DNA of 63,739 bases, counting the filler, from Pelomyxa schiedti (lineage: Eukaryota > Protista > Evosea), in the NCBI GenBank assembly GCA_020536535.1. It is 15 parts of 15 records of this genome, joined end to end, with 100 filler letters (N's around TTAATTAATTAA, not from the genome) between each part and the next. Parts side by side here need not be neighbours in the genome. Positions count along the whole stretch, not along the records: positions 23,607 to 25,715 come from JAHLWZ010002131.1; positions 25,816 to 27,291 come from JAHLWZ010002482.1; positions 27,392 to 31,631 come from JAHLWZ010001616.1; positions 31,732 to 41,025 come from JAHLWZ010000401.1; 11 more parts are not named here. One strand, 5' to 3'. Position 1 is the stretch's first letter; each line of letters starts with the position of its first letter. Made by a program: the position numbers and the translations under genes. Shown one piece after another: positions 24,157-36,649 of this stretch. The notes below the pieces were generated by a model. The model did not search any database, was not told the DNA's origin, and saw only the letters and a list, made by a program, of their open reading frames with translations.

Positions 24157-25431
24157 ATGCAAGAGTTGATACCCACACCTACGGCATACAGAGCCACCCG
24201 ATTCGTGAAATGGCTGGGCAACATGGAATTTTGTGGAGGGCTGAGGGCGCGTGACCAAATGGCTGCGTTGGTGATGGGAGCGACCTCCCCACGTTGTGGT
24301 TGCAACTCCAGCACGAGGCTCCTGAGTGGTTACGTGGCAGCGAAGTTGTGGAGGGACTGGGTGCTGGGAACAAAAAGAGTTTTTGTTTTGATTGGTGATG
24401 CTAGACAAAGTGGGGCAGAAGGTGGTTTGGAGACAAGGATGAGGATTGGGGTTTCGCTTTTGCTATTGGGGGTGATTGAAGTGGGTGGTTTGGGCCTGCA
24501 TGAACTCTGGAGTGAGGATGGGAAGGTTTATTCCTATGATGCCAGAGAGCCAGAAGGGGCGGTTCAAAGAATGCCGATCCTACAGCTAGACATTTTCAAC
24601 AAGGGTTTCAGTGGCGCCTGCAATGGCAGGTGGGCACTCGAACTGAGGGGCCACATTTTGTGTGTTGGGAAGGGGGCAAAAGGATCAGAGCCACACAAAT
24701 GTTCCATTCCACATGAGTACTCGGTAGAAGCCGCCAACCTGAGTCAAGCAGAGCCATCCCAAGGTGTAATGTTTGTGAGCAGCAGCAACAACAACAGAGA
24801 GAGTAGCTATTGGATTGTGGTGTTTGATGTTCCAGCAACTTATGCCCTCAAAACGGTGCAAGTGGTGACTGTCACAAGGTGCATCTTTCCATCTGACCTG
24901 GATTTTCATAAGTGCACTCTTTGCAACATTCTTGTGCTGAACGACAGTGCTAGACATGAGTTCATTGTGGAGACAAGGGAATTCTGTCCGGAAAATCCAG
25001 AAGAAAATAATGGGAAGAGTCAACAGGCGAGGGTGTTCTATGTATACCCAAATGGAAGCTTCAAGCAGCTCTATTCAATGCAGTTATCCTCTGTTTCGTT
25101 GCGGTGTGACTACGCTACTGTTGTATCTCCCGTCAATGGGCATCTTTTTGTAGTTGACGACGTCAGCAAACCCCGCCACAAAGTTCTAGATGTCATCACA
25201 GAAAGTTGTTGCTTCCATCGATTTTTTTGCCCCTGGTTGGAAGCCCACTGTTCTGAATGCTACCTCCTACTTCCTTTAACTGTTGACTGGTTTTTTTTAA
25301 AAATTACTCTTTGTTTATATCCCCACCATCAGCGTAGTGAACGCCCTCCTGGTATCGCGGTGTGGCGTTGCTGCTGTTGCGGGGTCAGTCCCCGACTTGG
25401 ATCTGGACGACGCGTCTGCTGGGCAGCTTAG
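24157..25431 (+). CDS. Lineage-specific family member B (N-terminal F-box/SOCS-like motif + beta-rich body)
   Basis: ARDQMAALVMGATSPRCGCNSSTRLL..KLWRDWV; 424-aa ORF; true 3' end uncertain. Confidence 0.6.
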   Translation: MQELIPTPTAYRATRFVKWLGNMEFCGGLRARDQMAALVMGATSPRCGCNSSTRLLSGYVAAKLWRDWVLGTKRVFVLIGDARQSGAEGGLETRMRIGVSLLLLGVIEVGGLGLHELWSEDGKVYSYDAREPEGAVQRMPILQLDIFNKGFSGACNGRWALELRGHILCVGKGAKGSEPHKCSIPHEYSVEAANLSQAEPSQGVMFVSSSNNNRESSYWIVVFDVPATYALKTVQVVTVTRCIFPSDLDFHKCTLCNILVLNDSARHEFIVETREFCPENPEENNGKSQQARVFYVYPNGSFKQLYSMQLSSVSLRCDYATVVSPVNGHLFVVDDVSKPRHKVLDVITESCCFHRFFCPWLEAHCSECYLLLPLTVDWFFLKITLCLYPHHQRSERPPGIAVWRCCCCGVSPRLGSGRRVCWAA

Positions 25432-25874
25432 TCGGCGGTCGAGCCTATCAGGCTCCCTCTGCCTCACAATTGACTTCTATAAATAAATGCTTCTTAACAA
25501 CCTACCTCTCTCTGCCCTGTCAGTTTTCAAACATACCCAAATCTCTCCACCGTTTCCTTGTTGAAAACTTCAAGCTTCCTTCCTTCCGATTGACTACACC
25601 GGGGGGCAAGTCAAATGAGAAAAACAGAATTTTTTAGTGAGCAAGGCAGGGTGAAGCGGTCCGATTTTGCCGGGATTTGTTGATGTTTTGTGCCGCGGGG
25701 CGGTTGCCGCGGCGCNNNNNNNNNNNNNNNNNNNNNNNNNNNNNNNNNNNNNNNNNNNNTTAATTAATTAANNNNNNNNNNNNNNNNNNNNNNNNNNNNN
25801 NNNNNNNNNNNNNNNTTGGAACAGACAGTTCCGAATTAATTAATCTTTCACATAATTATTCAAAACGAACAGAA

Positions 25875-26760
25875 ATGCAGCTTCCCGTGCTTGGAGTGTG
25901 TTCTGTGATGGTTCTTCTGGGCCTACTGGTAGGAATGGACACCACAGAGGGGGCACTGTGTCCCAACATCGCAGAGTCACTCAGCGGTCCACTGCCCCAT
26001 ACCTTTCTTTGTAATTTTCGAGTTTCCTTCTGCCGTGGCTTCGTTTTTTATTTTAAACAAAAAAGGCACCACACTGACTTTCTCTGGTACAACCGCACTG
26101 ACTGCGTCAACGCTATCACCAGCGATACCAACGGTTGCTCTGAGGGTAGTGTCAAGGCGTTTATTAGCAACCAGCCTGTTACTGGTGGGACTGACTACGT
26201 GTTGGAGATCCAGACTACTGACCCAGCTGCCATCGTGGTAATAAGTGAGTGACTCCCCAATCTCACTCCATCCATGACAACAATCTAATGCATTTGAACA
26301 GCCGGCAGAGGATCTTGTGCAAATCTCGTTGGTCCCTCCCTTCAGTGCGTGGCTAGGAGGTGATCGATCAATCAGGGGACCCTTCCTTCTTCGTTATTCA
26401 CAAACTTAGAGACCCCAACGGTGGCATTCAATGAAACAGGTTGTTGTGAAACAACCAAACGTGAATTCGCCGCGTTGTCACTCAGATCCGGCAAGCCCTG
26501 CGTCTGCACTGTGCTGACGGAGCGGACACGATGATGTACTGGTACAACAGCAATGACTGCGTCAACAAGATCACCTGCTGTTGATGGCGGGACTGACTAC
26601 GTGGTGGCGCTGTACTGTGAGGACGCAAACGTGGTAATAAGTGAGTGTACCCGGCCCAAGTGAGTGTACCCGGCCCCCAACTCCCTCCCACTGACTTACT
26701 GACTAACTCACTTGGACAGCCAGCGGAGGATCTTGCACCAATCTAGTTTGCCATCATTCT
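25875..26760 (+). pseudogene. Signal-peptide-bearing small secreted protein gene with an internal degenerate exon duplication
   Basis: MQLPVLGVCSVMVLLGLLVG hydrophobic leader. The 26085-26250 exon (WYNRTDCVN..GGTDYV..VVIS) is re-copied with deletions at ~26540-26645. Confidence 0.45.
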
Positions 26761-26944
26761 GCTTTTTTCAGTCGTTGATTTATTTTTTCTTCTGCCGTGG
26801 CTTTCGTTTTTCATCATCATTCTTTGTTTCACCCATTCCGAATATCCGAACACTTACAAGTTCAACAACAACAGCGTTATGTCCGCAGTTGCCAGGACAC
26901 CTTAATGAACATCTTGATTTGTTGAAAGAACTTGATTCCATCAT

Positions 26945-27200
26945 TGGAACAGACAGTTCCGAATGAATTAATCTTCCACATAATTATTCAAAACGAACAG
27001 AAATGCATCTTCCCGTGCTTGGGGTGTGTTCTGTGATGGTTCTTCTGGGCCTACTGGTAGGAATGGACACCGCAGAGGGGGCACTGTGTCCCAACATCGC
27101 AGAGTCACTCAGCGGTCCACTGCCCCATACCTTTATTTGTAATTTCCTTCTGCCGTTTTTTATTTTAAACAAAAAAGGCACCACACTGAAATTCTCTTAG
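26945..27200 (+). repeat. Direct duplicate of 25816-~26085 (promoter + leader exon), ending in TAG
   Basis: ttggaacagacagttccgaat...atgca(g/t)cttcccgtgc...ggcaccacactga is present twice. Confidence 0.85.
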
Positions 27201-27391
27201 CGACGCCAGGTGCGCGGTTCCTATTGCGATGTGATGGCACTGGAACACTCACATTGTCCACCTGCGGATGGGGATTCAACACGGAGCTGTTNNNNNNNNN
27301 NNNNNNNNNNNNNNNNNNNNNNNNNNNNNNNNNNNTTAATTAATTAANNNNNNNNNNNNNNNNNNNNNNNNNNNNNNNNNNNNNNNNNNNN

Positions 27392-28700
27392 TTGAGGTGT
27401 GGAAATTATATAGCCCTACGATGGTTTTGGCTGCAGATTTGGCTGAGTCTGGGGAGTTGGGAACTATGTTGAGGGTCTTCATTGGGTTCAGTTTCAGTTC
27501 TTGCCGGAGTTCTGAATTATGTTGGCACCTGTTTAGGATGTGTTTTACTGTCTCTGGTGAATCACATCCATGTTGGAGCGACTTTGCATACATGGGCCAT
27601 GCGATTGTTAAGAGGTTTCATGTTGGTAACGACCAAGAGGGCTTGGTTCCGGATTGAGGGGGGGATGCCTGGGGTGTTGAGGTTCCTTACTAAGTTTTGC
27701 CAGTTGGTTGCTGATGGTGTTGTGGTCATGGCGGTGTTGAGTTTGTGGTGCAAAGGCTTAATTGGGTGCTTTTCTAGTATGCTCCTGTATATGTCTGTGG
27801 GAGAAGATAGGTGGCATGGAAGATGCTTATTCAGAGTTTCTATCTCCCAGATCGGGGTTGATGAGAGGATTATGCCAGTTGGGGTTCCGATATCCTGAAA
27901 TGGGTACTGCAACATTCCACCACTGCATATCCAGCAGGGGTGTTGCTAGGCCTCCTTGCTTCTTGAGGGCTGTCAAGTGTTCCAATGATGTGCAGTTGGA
28001 TGGGGTTATTAAGTGGAAAATTTTGGAAAGTACAAATACCTTGGAGTCCTTATTGGCCACATCTCCGCTCTAGAAACTTCCACTTTCTAGATTCTTCCAA
28101 ATAGTGCAGATGTCATCTGCATATGCTGATACCTTTGGTTTAGCTGGGGAGTCATGGAGTTTCATGAGAAGAGTGTCTATCACGACATTGAAAAGGAGTG
28201 GAGAGAGGGGGCATCCTTGCCAGACCCCTCTACCTAGTGGGAAGTGTATCCCTGAGGGTAGGTATGCTTCGGTGTTCTGCATTAGGTGTGCAATTAGGGT
28301 GGTCCATGTTTGGGGCATTCCTATATGCTCCAAAATGTGAATAATGGCGTTCCGATCAAGGTTGTAATAGGCCTTGGAGAAATCAGTGAGGATGGATTTC
28401 CCATTTTTGCATGGCCTGGTGAGCTGTCTGTCTTAAGGTGGATGATCTTTCAAATGATGGGTGTTGGTGTTTACTGAGTGGGATATTAAAATCCCCAATC
28501 AGGAGAGTTGCTGAGGCACTAACTTTGTTTCTTGATTTCAGATGCCAGTTGTTGAAGGGTGTAATAAGTGGTTTCGTCGTTGGTCTTGCCTGCTTCATAA
28601 TTCGCCACAACGAGCTGGACGGAATGTATCCAATCCGCTGTTGCTTTCTCACCTTCTGTTAGCTTCTGTGGGCTCGAGAATAAGTCCCACAGAGGAAGAA
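27392..28700 (-). mobile_element. Degenerate non-LTR (L1-like, APE-type) retrotransposon
   Basis: Endonuclease LLIGDFN; RT DFSKAY, GVWQGCPLSPLLFN, AYADD; GGLATP; C-terminal C..C..ETVKHILNRC; stops and frameshifts. Confidence 0.9.
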
Positions 28701-29908
28701 AATGAGTGAGAGTGAAGAGAATAAAGAGTGTTCTCTTGTTTGTTTGGTCATTGTTGTTGTAAGGGGGTAAAAAGGGAGTGTGTAAAATCTTGCAGAGCGG
28801 TTGTGCGATTGGGTTAAAAGGCTGCAATGTTCAAATGGATTCTCGGACAAGTGTGCATGTAATCAAAACCTCCTGCCACGTTCTTGTTGCTGTATTTGTG
28901 CACCCAGCTGCACTGTGCGCTGATCATTACCTTCGCTGTCTCATTCTGGTAATGGTCCAGATTCGGCTCAGTCCTCAGTCTCTCCAATCATCCCACACCC
29001 CATTAACCGTCATCGAACCACACGCTCCGCACTCCAAGGCTGCAAAAACAAAATGATGAAAATTTTCTGAGGAAAACAGGATGCACTGGTGTGTGAAAAA
29101 AAACACCAGTGTGTGCGAAAAAGCGCAGAGATTTTTGGTGGGTGCGGGGTGTGGGGTGGACGCACCAAAAGTGAAAAGTGCGTGGGCCTGGTTCTCCACA
29201 CTGGGGCCTCCAAGTTGGTGGGAAGTGCGCAGACCAGGCAGACCATCATCGATGGGGCTGCCCGGGGAGCGTGTTTCCAGGACACACAGAGGCCCTGGAG
29301 CCGAGAAAAACGACACACAAAATAGAATTTTTGGTGCGTCCACACACACACCATCCTTTTTTGTCACGCACCGATTTTTTTACAAGACACCGACAACCCA
29401 TCAAAAAAACTTCGGGAGCTGGGTTTCGTTCTGAACGTCGTGTGACCGTGCTTTTGTTGTTGGAGGGAGAAAAACGGGGAGTGTGTGGCCTCGATCACGG
29501 TGGTGCAACGGTCTTGTTTGGGTGTCAGGACAAGTCCACCACTGTTCTGGGGTGTGACGTCTATAAAAATCACTGCAACACGACAGTGTGCAACACAGTG
29601 TTTGCATGTGTTTCTTGTTGTCACTCAGGGCACTGGTCTTTTTTGTATTTTACCCCAAGTCCCACATGCTACATAGGGTATGCTACTGCTACACTCTCAG
29701 AGTCCTCGTTGCTGAGGAAATGACTGAAAGGCTTATGACATGACCATAGAGCCAATTTTCTAAAAAGCTAAAACAGTTAGAACTGACTGGGAATTTGTTT
29801 TTTCAGTCTGGTTCTCAATCTGTAACGCAAATTTATTGATTACAACAATCAAAATCAAAAAAAAATCCACAACAACAACCAACTGGACACAGCAGGGTAC
29901 CCATGTCT

Positions 29909-30346
29909 CAAGACTCAGCAACAAATCAAAACCAATCCCAAAATGGTGAAGGTGTACCCAACATTGAGGTTGTGCTGAGTAGGTCTGAAGGGAGGATGAT
30001 GTGGATAATGGTGCAGGCAGTGGGGGTCCTTTTTTTCCATATATGTATTTCCGCATGTAATATATGTGTTTTCGCATGTAATATATGTGTTTTCACATGT
30101 AAATATACCAAAAAATAAGCATTTTCACCTTATATTCACTTTTTTCCTTTTTTAAAACACCATACACCCCTCTAAGTTTCACATTAAGGCCTAGCCCCCT
30201 TCAACCCCAGCAGGAGTAATAACTGGGGCCCCCACTGCCTGCACCATTATCCACATCACCCTCCCTTCAGACCTACTCAGCACAACCTCAATGTTGGGTA
30301 CACCTTCACCATTTTGGGATTGGTTTTGATTTGTTGCTGAGTCTTG
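29909..30346. repeat. Inverted repeat: 121-bp arms (29909-30029 / 30226-30346) around a ~196-bp spacer
   Basis: Arms differ at 2 positions. Confidence 0.93.
30039..30101. repeat. 21-bp tandem repeat x3 (ATATATGTGTTTTCGCATGTA consensus) inside the IR spacer
   Basis: Direct reading. Confidence 0.85.
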
Positions 30347-30494
30347 CTGGACATTCATTATAGAAGCAGCACCATCAAGAAAACTGCTGCTAAGTCTGGT
30401 AGCTCTGAGAAAGTATGTAGTGTAGGTGGCAGGTGTTTACTCTAAGTTTAAGTGAATGTTTGATTAGACATTGTGTGTAAACAAGATACCTTTG

Positions 30495-30615
30495 ATGGGG
30501 GAAGAGGCAATGCAAAACAAGTTGTCCATGTTGTAATCTGTCTTATATACAACAACTATACACATAAGACAGATTACAACATGGACAACTTGTTTTGCAT
30601 TGCCTCTTCCCCCAT
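30495..30615. repeat. Perfect 52-bp hairpin stem with 17-nt loop
   Basis: 30495-30546 is the exact reverse complement of 30564-30615. Confidence 0.95.
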
Positions 30616-31120
30616 AGATGACAAGAATCCTATCTTTCAACCCCAAACTTGGACTGAAGAGGTCATTACTGGTTCACAGGTACCTGTGTTGTTACATTAT
30701 CTTTTCCTTACTTTTTTTTTTCCTCACAGATAACACAAAAGCTTCATGTAGCTTGAACTGTGGGGGTCCCAGCCTTGAAAAGTTTTTTAGTATCAATGAA
30801 CTTACACATAGGTAAAACCATGATCAGATTGGGATTCTTAATAACATTACATAACAGACACGGAACAGTTGAAACTCTGGGTTTCCGAGGTGATGAGGGC
30901 ACCTGTTCGTCGATATTTTCATGACCCAACACCAGTAGAGCTACACAGCATCAGCTCATCAGTGTTCATGGCAAGAATTCGACTCTTAGAAATGGCCCAA
31001 GGTGTGCCTCCCTCGAAGAAAAACACAAAAAACTTGCCACCAAACTCCAAAACAATCGCCACACACACGCACACAAGGGTGGAAAAACCACAAAGCGCAG
31101 TGCCTCATTGGTAAAATGAC
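30560..31120 (+). pseudogene. Spliced, decayed coding remnant, possibly CMC/EnSpm-like transposase
   Basis: NLFCIASSPIDDKNPIFQP...KLHVA*TVGVPALKSFL loosely resembles the CACTA-type N..L....P...L.P / D.PA region; GT-AG introns at ~30680 and ~30812. Confidence 0.25.
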
Positions 31121-31731
31121 TACCCCCAAATCCACTGACACCCCATCAAAACCCCAGTTTTCAGAAATTACGATTGGGACTTGGATGCAGGGCGAATAAC
31201 AGACAGAGAGGAAGACATTCAGAAGTTTGGATGGCAGAGTGATTCTGAAATATGGGTCAAGTTGCGTGCGGGCAGTGCTTGTCTCAAGGGGCTGGTGTTG
31301 GAGAGGTGGAAGGTGACAGTTCACAGAACAGATCCAATCACTCTCAGAGCACAAGACATCAATGGAGAACCCCTCTCAGTCCAGCCCAGCACTGACTGTA
31401 TCTAAAGAAATTCAGACTGGTCCACAAATTGAGGAAGTTGATACCACTGTACCTTCCCTGAGTTCTTCTCCTTTCACATTACAACCTGGAAATGCATCAC
31501 AAATTCAACAAACCTTCACTGTGCTTACTCCTCTAGCCCCACCTGTTCTTCTTCAGCAACCTCCAACAACAAGGGAAACCTTTCCCCCAACAAGCACCTC
31601 TGCCTTCATACAGAGACCTATTATTGCCAGCNNNNNNNNNNNNNNNNNNNNNNNNNNNNNNNNNNNNNNNNNNNNTTAATTAATTAANNNNNNNNNNNNN
31701 NNNNNNNNNNNNNNNNNNNNNNNNNNNNNNN

Positions 31732-32964
31732 TGAGTGGATTGAGGCACCCAAACATTGTGAAATGCCTTGGTACATGCACAACAGCATCTGGGAAACTGT
31801 TAATTGTGTCTGAGCTCATGTGTTGTAGTCTCAGGCAGCTGCTAAAGTATGTGAGGTGCAATTCAATGAAGCAACGACTTGACTTCAAACAATTGGTCTC
31901 CATCTCACTTGGTGTCGCCAATGGAATGGACAGCCTCCACAGGTGTGATGTTGACACAGCAAAACAAAAACATCGCTCACTCTGAACACGTCCAGGCAGA
32001 AGTTCATGCACCGAGACTTGAGCAGCAACAATGTCCTTTTTGACCCAAATGGAGTTCCAAAGATTTGTGACTTTGGTGTGTTCCAGCTCAATCACGTTCA
32101 CAACAATGGATCTTTTCTTGCTGACTTGCAACAGGAGTATCCCGTGGAATGAACCAACAGGCACCAAAGAGCGGGCTACAAACCATTGTTCCTGGAACCG
32201 TGGTCCATATGGCACCACAGATGTTCACAACCAACTACGCAATCGAGGGTGCGACTGTACCCCTTCTTTCTACTTTTACAATACAACAGGGGATTTGTGG
32301 GGGTTTGGAATGCTCATGACAGAGATGATCAATGGCGATATTGTTGAATCCACCCTTGACAATCTCCCCTTACACATGCAAGCAAATTTCTTGGGTGGAC
32401 AAATGTGTACACTTTCACCTCCTGATGTTGCTGGTTTGTTTTCTTATTTCAATTTTATACAATAATATTAATATAACTTCTCTCCGGATCAAATAAGTTG
32501 CTATAACATATCCTTCCACTTTTAACAATAGAAGAGGTGAGGAGACTGTGTTATGAAGCCGGAGAGTCAGCGATTGCACACTGTCTCAGCAGGAGGAATG
32601 CAGGTCTTGCTGCCGTGAACTATTTCACACACTCTCCTGAATCGCCGCTCTTGACATCGCTGTGTGGAACAACAACAACAGCATTGCCAACAACAGCGGG
32701 TTACCTCATGTTCATTGTTGTTCAGTCATGCCTCTCCATTCTTGGTGTGTTTCTTGGCAATCATCAAATCACTCTTCTCACCAGTTCACAGAGAGGAACC
32801 GGGCTCCGTTCTCAGTGATTGTTCAGCTTCTGCGATGTTGTTGCACATCAGCCGTGATACATGACATCACCATGCGTAGTGGTACGTGCACTGTGACCGA
32901 CGACCAAGTGACTGACTGCATCACACAGTGGCTGTACTCCCTCTCCCCTTTCATACACCTATGA
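31732..32964 (+). CDS. TKL kinase domain of the MORN-UBL-kinase family (5'-truncated)
   Basis: LRHPNIV, HRDLSSNNVL, KICDFG, GTVVHMAPQ, DLWGFG, family C-tail VTDDQVT..ITQWL.SLSPFIH. Confidence 0.85.
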
Positions 32965-33472
32965 ACCACTTCATCACCCCTGATGAGCATGTTCTCAGAA
33001 ATCAAAACCAACTTTTAGTAAGCATCAGATTAGGTGTCGACCCTCGGCCTTGTGGAGCTACACTGTGATTTCAGATCACACCCAGAGTTGGGTTCCAAGC
33101 TGTTCCCAAAGGGTGGTCTCAAAATGGGAAAGTGGAGAGCAAGAGGTGTTAGTGCCGAGGTGAAGCCGGTGGAGGCAGAAGTCAAGCCTGACACATTGCA
33201 CTCTGTTCGTCAGCATTGCTTTTCGTGTTAAAGTTTGTTTTATTTCGTTTTCGTCTAGCTTAGTCTTCCTTCTGTTTTTGTTCTTGTTCTCCCTTTTCAA
33301 TCAATCGTCACCCCAAACTTACACAATAATAGGTATCCCCTACTGATGACACTCAGGGGAAGAAAGGGTACTTGTCCTCAACTCTATTCAAGGGGAAATC
33401 TCTTTCCAACACGAAAACAAACTGTTCCCCTCTCCATTCAGCCACCTCACAATTCCGCAGTGCGGAGTTGGT

Positions 33473-36400
33473 TCAGAGTGAAGAAGCAGCAGCACGGTGG
33501 ATGAAAGGTGAGAGTGATGACTGCCACTGTGTGATGCTCTCAGTCACTTGGTCGTCAGTCACAGGGGCTGTTGCTGTTTCTGGTTGTTGGCTTATGGCAT
33601 GGTCATGCATTGCAGTGGCTGTGCAGCAGCATTGGACCAGTTTTGCGATCATGGTGAATGGAATACGGTTCATTTCTGTGTGCAATTGTTAACACTTGAT
33701 TGCCCCAAGAGAACACACCAAGAATTGAGAGGCATGAGTGAACAACCAGGAACATCAGGTCAGAAGCTGATGCTGGTACTGTTCCATGTGGTAGTAGGAG
33801 TGGGGACTCTGTGGAGTGTGTGAAATAGTTCACAGCATCGAGGCAAGCAGTCCTTCTGCTGAGGCAGTGTGCAATTGTTGATTCCCCTGCTTTGCAACAG
33901 AGTTTCCTCACCTCTTTTGTGTTGGGTGTTTGAGTTTGTATTAGTATCTCTGGTGCATTTCGGAATGGAGACAAACCTTCAACATCAGTACGTTGAAGTG
34001 TTCTCATCTGGGCCTCCAAGAAGGCCCCTTGTGATTGGAGTGAGAGCTTGCCGAAGGTGGAGTCAACAAAGTCACAATTGATAATCTCAGCCATCAGAAT
34101 TCCAAATCCCCACACGTCCCCTGTCTCTTGTCAACATAGGAAGGAGGCAGGAAGTGGCACACCTTCAATTCCATAGTTCGCAGTGAACATCTGTGGGGCC
34201 ATGTGAATTTCAGTTCCAGGAACAGTCGATTGGGGTCCACTCCTCAGTTCCTGCATTCCACGGGACACACCTGGTGTGAGTGTCATGTTAGCAAGAGGTA
34301 CGGGGAGGGTACGTAAACACCAAAGTCACAAATCTTTGGATTCCCATTCCAGTCAAAAAGAACATTGTTGCTGCTCAGGTCCCTGTGCATGTAATTTTGC
34401 CTGTTGTTATGCGACAGGGTTATCCAGAGGTTTATCATAGGAAGGGAAAAGAACACACTCACGCACCTGTGAAGACTGTCCATTCCATTGGCAACACCCA
34501 ATGCAATGCCAGCCACTTCTTTGAAGTTTAGTTTCAAGGAATCAGTTCTCACTTGTTTCAGAAGCTGTCTGAGACTGCAGCACATAAGCTCAGACACAAT
34601 ATGTAGTTTTCCAGATGCTGTTGTGCATGTTCCAAAGCACTTCACAATGTTGGGATGCCTCAACCCACTCACAATCTGTGCCAGTTTCAGTTAGGATTTA
34701 ATGGCATTTAAAATAATAAGAAAAACAACCTCAGCTTCCAATCTGAATCTCTCATTGTTGTGTGGTGATGCGATCACCTCCAACAGTGTTTTCACTGCAA
34801 ATACCATTGATGATGGTGTGTGTATGCACTTATAAACAGTTCCATAGCTCCCACTTCCCAATTTGGAGACAAATTTCAAATCAGACTTGGATTGTCATCA
34901 GAGGAGTCAGTCTCACTTTCAGATGTTCAACATCTGTGCTTTTTTCTGTGTTTGTTTTAATTACAGATGGAAACAAGTGCAGCACACCAGGAGATGAATG
35001 TGGGAGAAGAGATAATTCAGACAATGTCGATGCAGTGCCAGAGAGCAACATCTCATCACCTTCTCCAACGGCCACACCAACCACAGAAACAACCTGTTGG
35101 TTTTCATCCACCCCAAACCGCTTCTCCACTTCCATCTTCACAATCTGGGAATCAGTAATTAGAACAATGAATGGATTTTGGTTACGACCTTGTCAAGAGG
35201 ACACAATGAGCAAACAGATTCCTGAAATGTGATGTTGTGTCTCTCCAAGGTTACTGCAACGTTCTTCATCACACAGTGGTTGGATTTGACCCACATCCCT
35301 CGTTGGATATGTTGCAGGGTATGCTCAATTCCTGGACTCACTTGGATTGGGGAAAAAAAATGAAAACACACTTTCCTCTTGAGCCTTGAACTCTTTGGTT
35401 TGGAGTTGCATCACTTGTGGGGCATCAATGTGAAGTTAAAATAAAACAATGATACACACTTTCTTCTTGTTCCTTGAACTCTTTGGTTTGGACTTGCATC
35501 ACTTATGGGGTATAAATGTGAAGTGTTTAAGTTAAATAACAAAAATCACACATTTTGCTTGTTCTTCCAGTTGGTTCTGCAGAGTACGAAGTTTTTCAGT
35601 TGTCACCAGCGGGGTAAGTAGCTGCTTTTCTTCTGCAACTTTCTGTTTCAGTTGACTCAGCTCATTTTCTAGCATTCTGACTTTGTCCTGAGGGTTTGTT
35701 GACTGGAAAACACCCAAGAAAAAAATTGCACACATCTTGGAGAACTTCACCACATCCAATGTGACAGCAAAGCCCTCTTTCCCCATTACTTCTTGTTTCT
35801 TGGAAGGTTTTCCCTCGAAGCACCCCATAGAAGGCAGAACTGGCAAAACACCTGAGTGTGGCTGTGCCATCACCAAAATTACCATTCATTGTGAATGTTC
35901 CAGTGAACTCATCACCATTTGGCCACTTCTTTGTTCCTGACACAATCACACCAATCTCCCAAACACCCTCAATTGAAGTTCCATCACATGGCTGCCTTTT
36001 AATTCCATCTCCATGCTCTTTTCCCATCACCCAGTCACCCTCGTACCTCGTCCCATCATCCCAAATCCTGGTCCCCCTCCCATGGAACAGGTCGTTCTTC
36101 CACTCCCCGACATAACTCCCCCTCGCCTCACTGTTGTCATCACCAAACAGCATCCTCCCATAGCCACTCCTCTTGCCATGGTAAAACTGACCACGGTAGG
36201 TGTCACCAGTATCAGGCGAGTGCCAGGTGCCGCAGCCGTGCCACTTGTCCCCGTGCCACTCCCCCTCGTACACCGTTTGCATGGGTGATGGGCCCCCGCC
36301 GCCGCCGCCGCCCTTCGCCTTCCTCGCTCTCCTTTGCGCACCCCACCCCTGCATCTCGTTCGCCCTCTTTGCCTCGTTCCACACCCACTCTCCCTCCCTC

Positions 36401-36580
36401 GCCTCGGCGCCGCTTTTGTTGTGGTACGTGCCCCTCACGCAGTGGTCGTCCCTGAACAGCCCCTCGAACCAGGTGCCGTCGGCCCAGTGCAGCACACCCC
36501 ACCCGTCCAGTGGCCATTGTCCCACTCGCCCTCGTATGTGCTGCCATCTACCCACGACCTTGACCCCCGGCCGTTCCTTA
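33473..36580 (-). CDS. MORN-coiled coil-UBL-TKL kinase; frameshift near 36510 and no clear start (possibly pseudogenised at the 5' end)
   Basis: MORN repeats 35860-36560; UBL-like 34900-35270; LGSGSYG, FAVK, HRDLSSNN, DFG, GTEIHMAPQ. Confidence 0.82.
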
Positions 36581-36649
36581 ACTACAGGGTGTCACTTTTC
36601 TGTGAATCCAGATCTCTCGACGACAGAAGTGATTACGCATTATTGAGCC

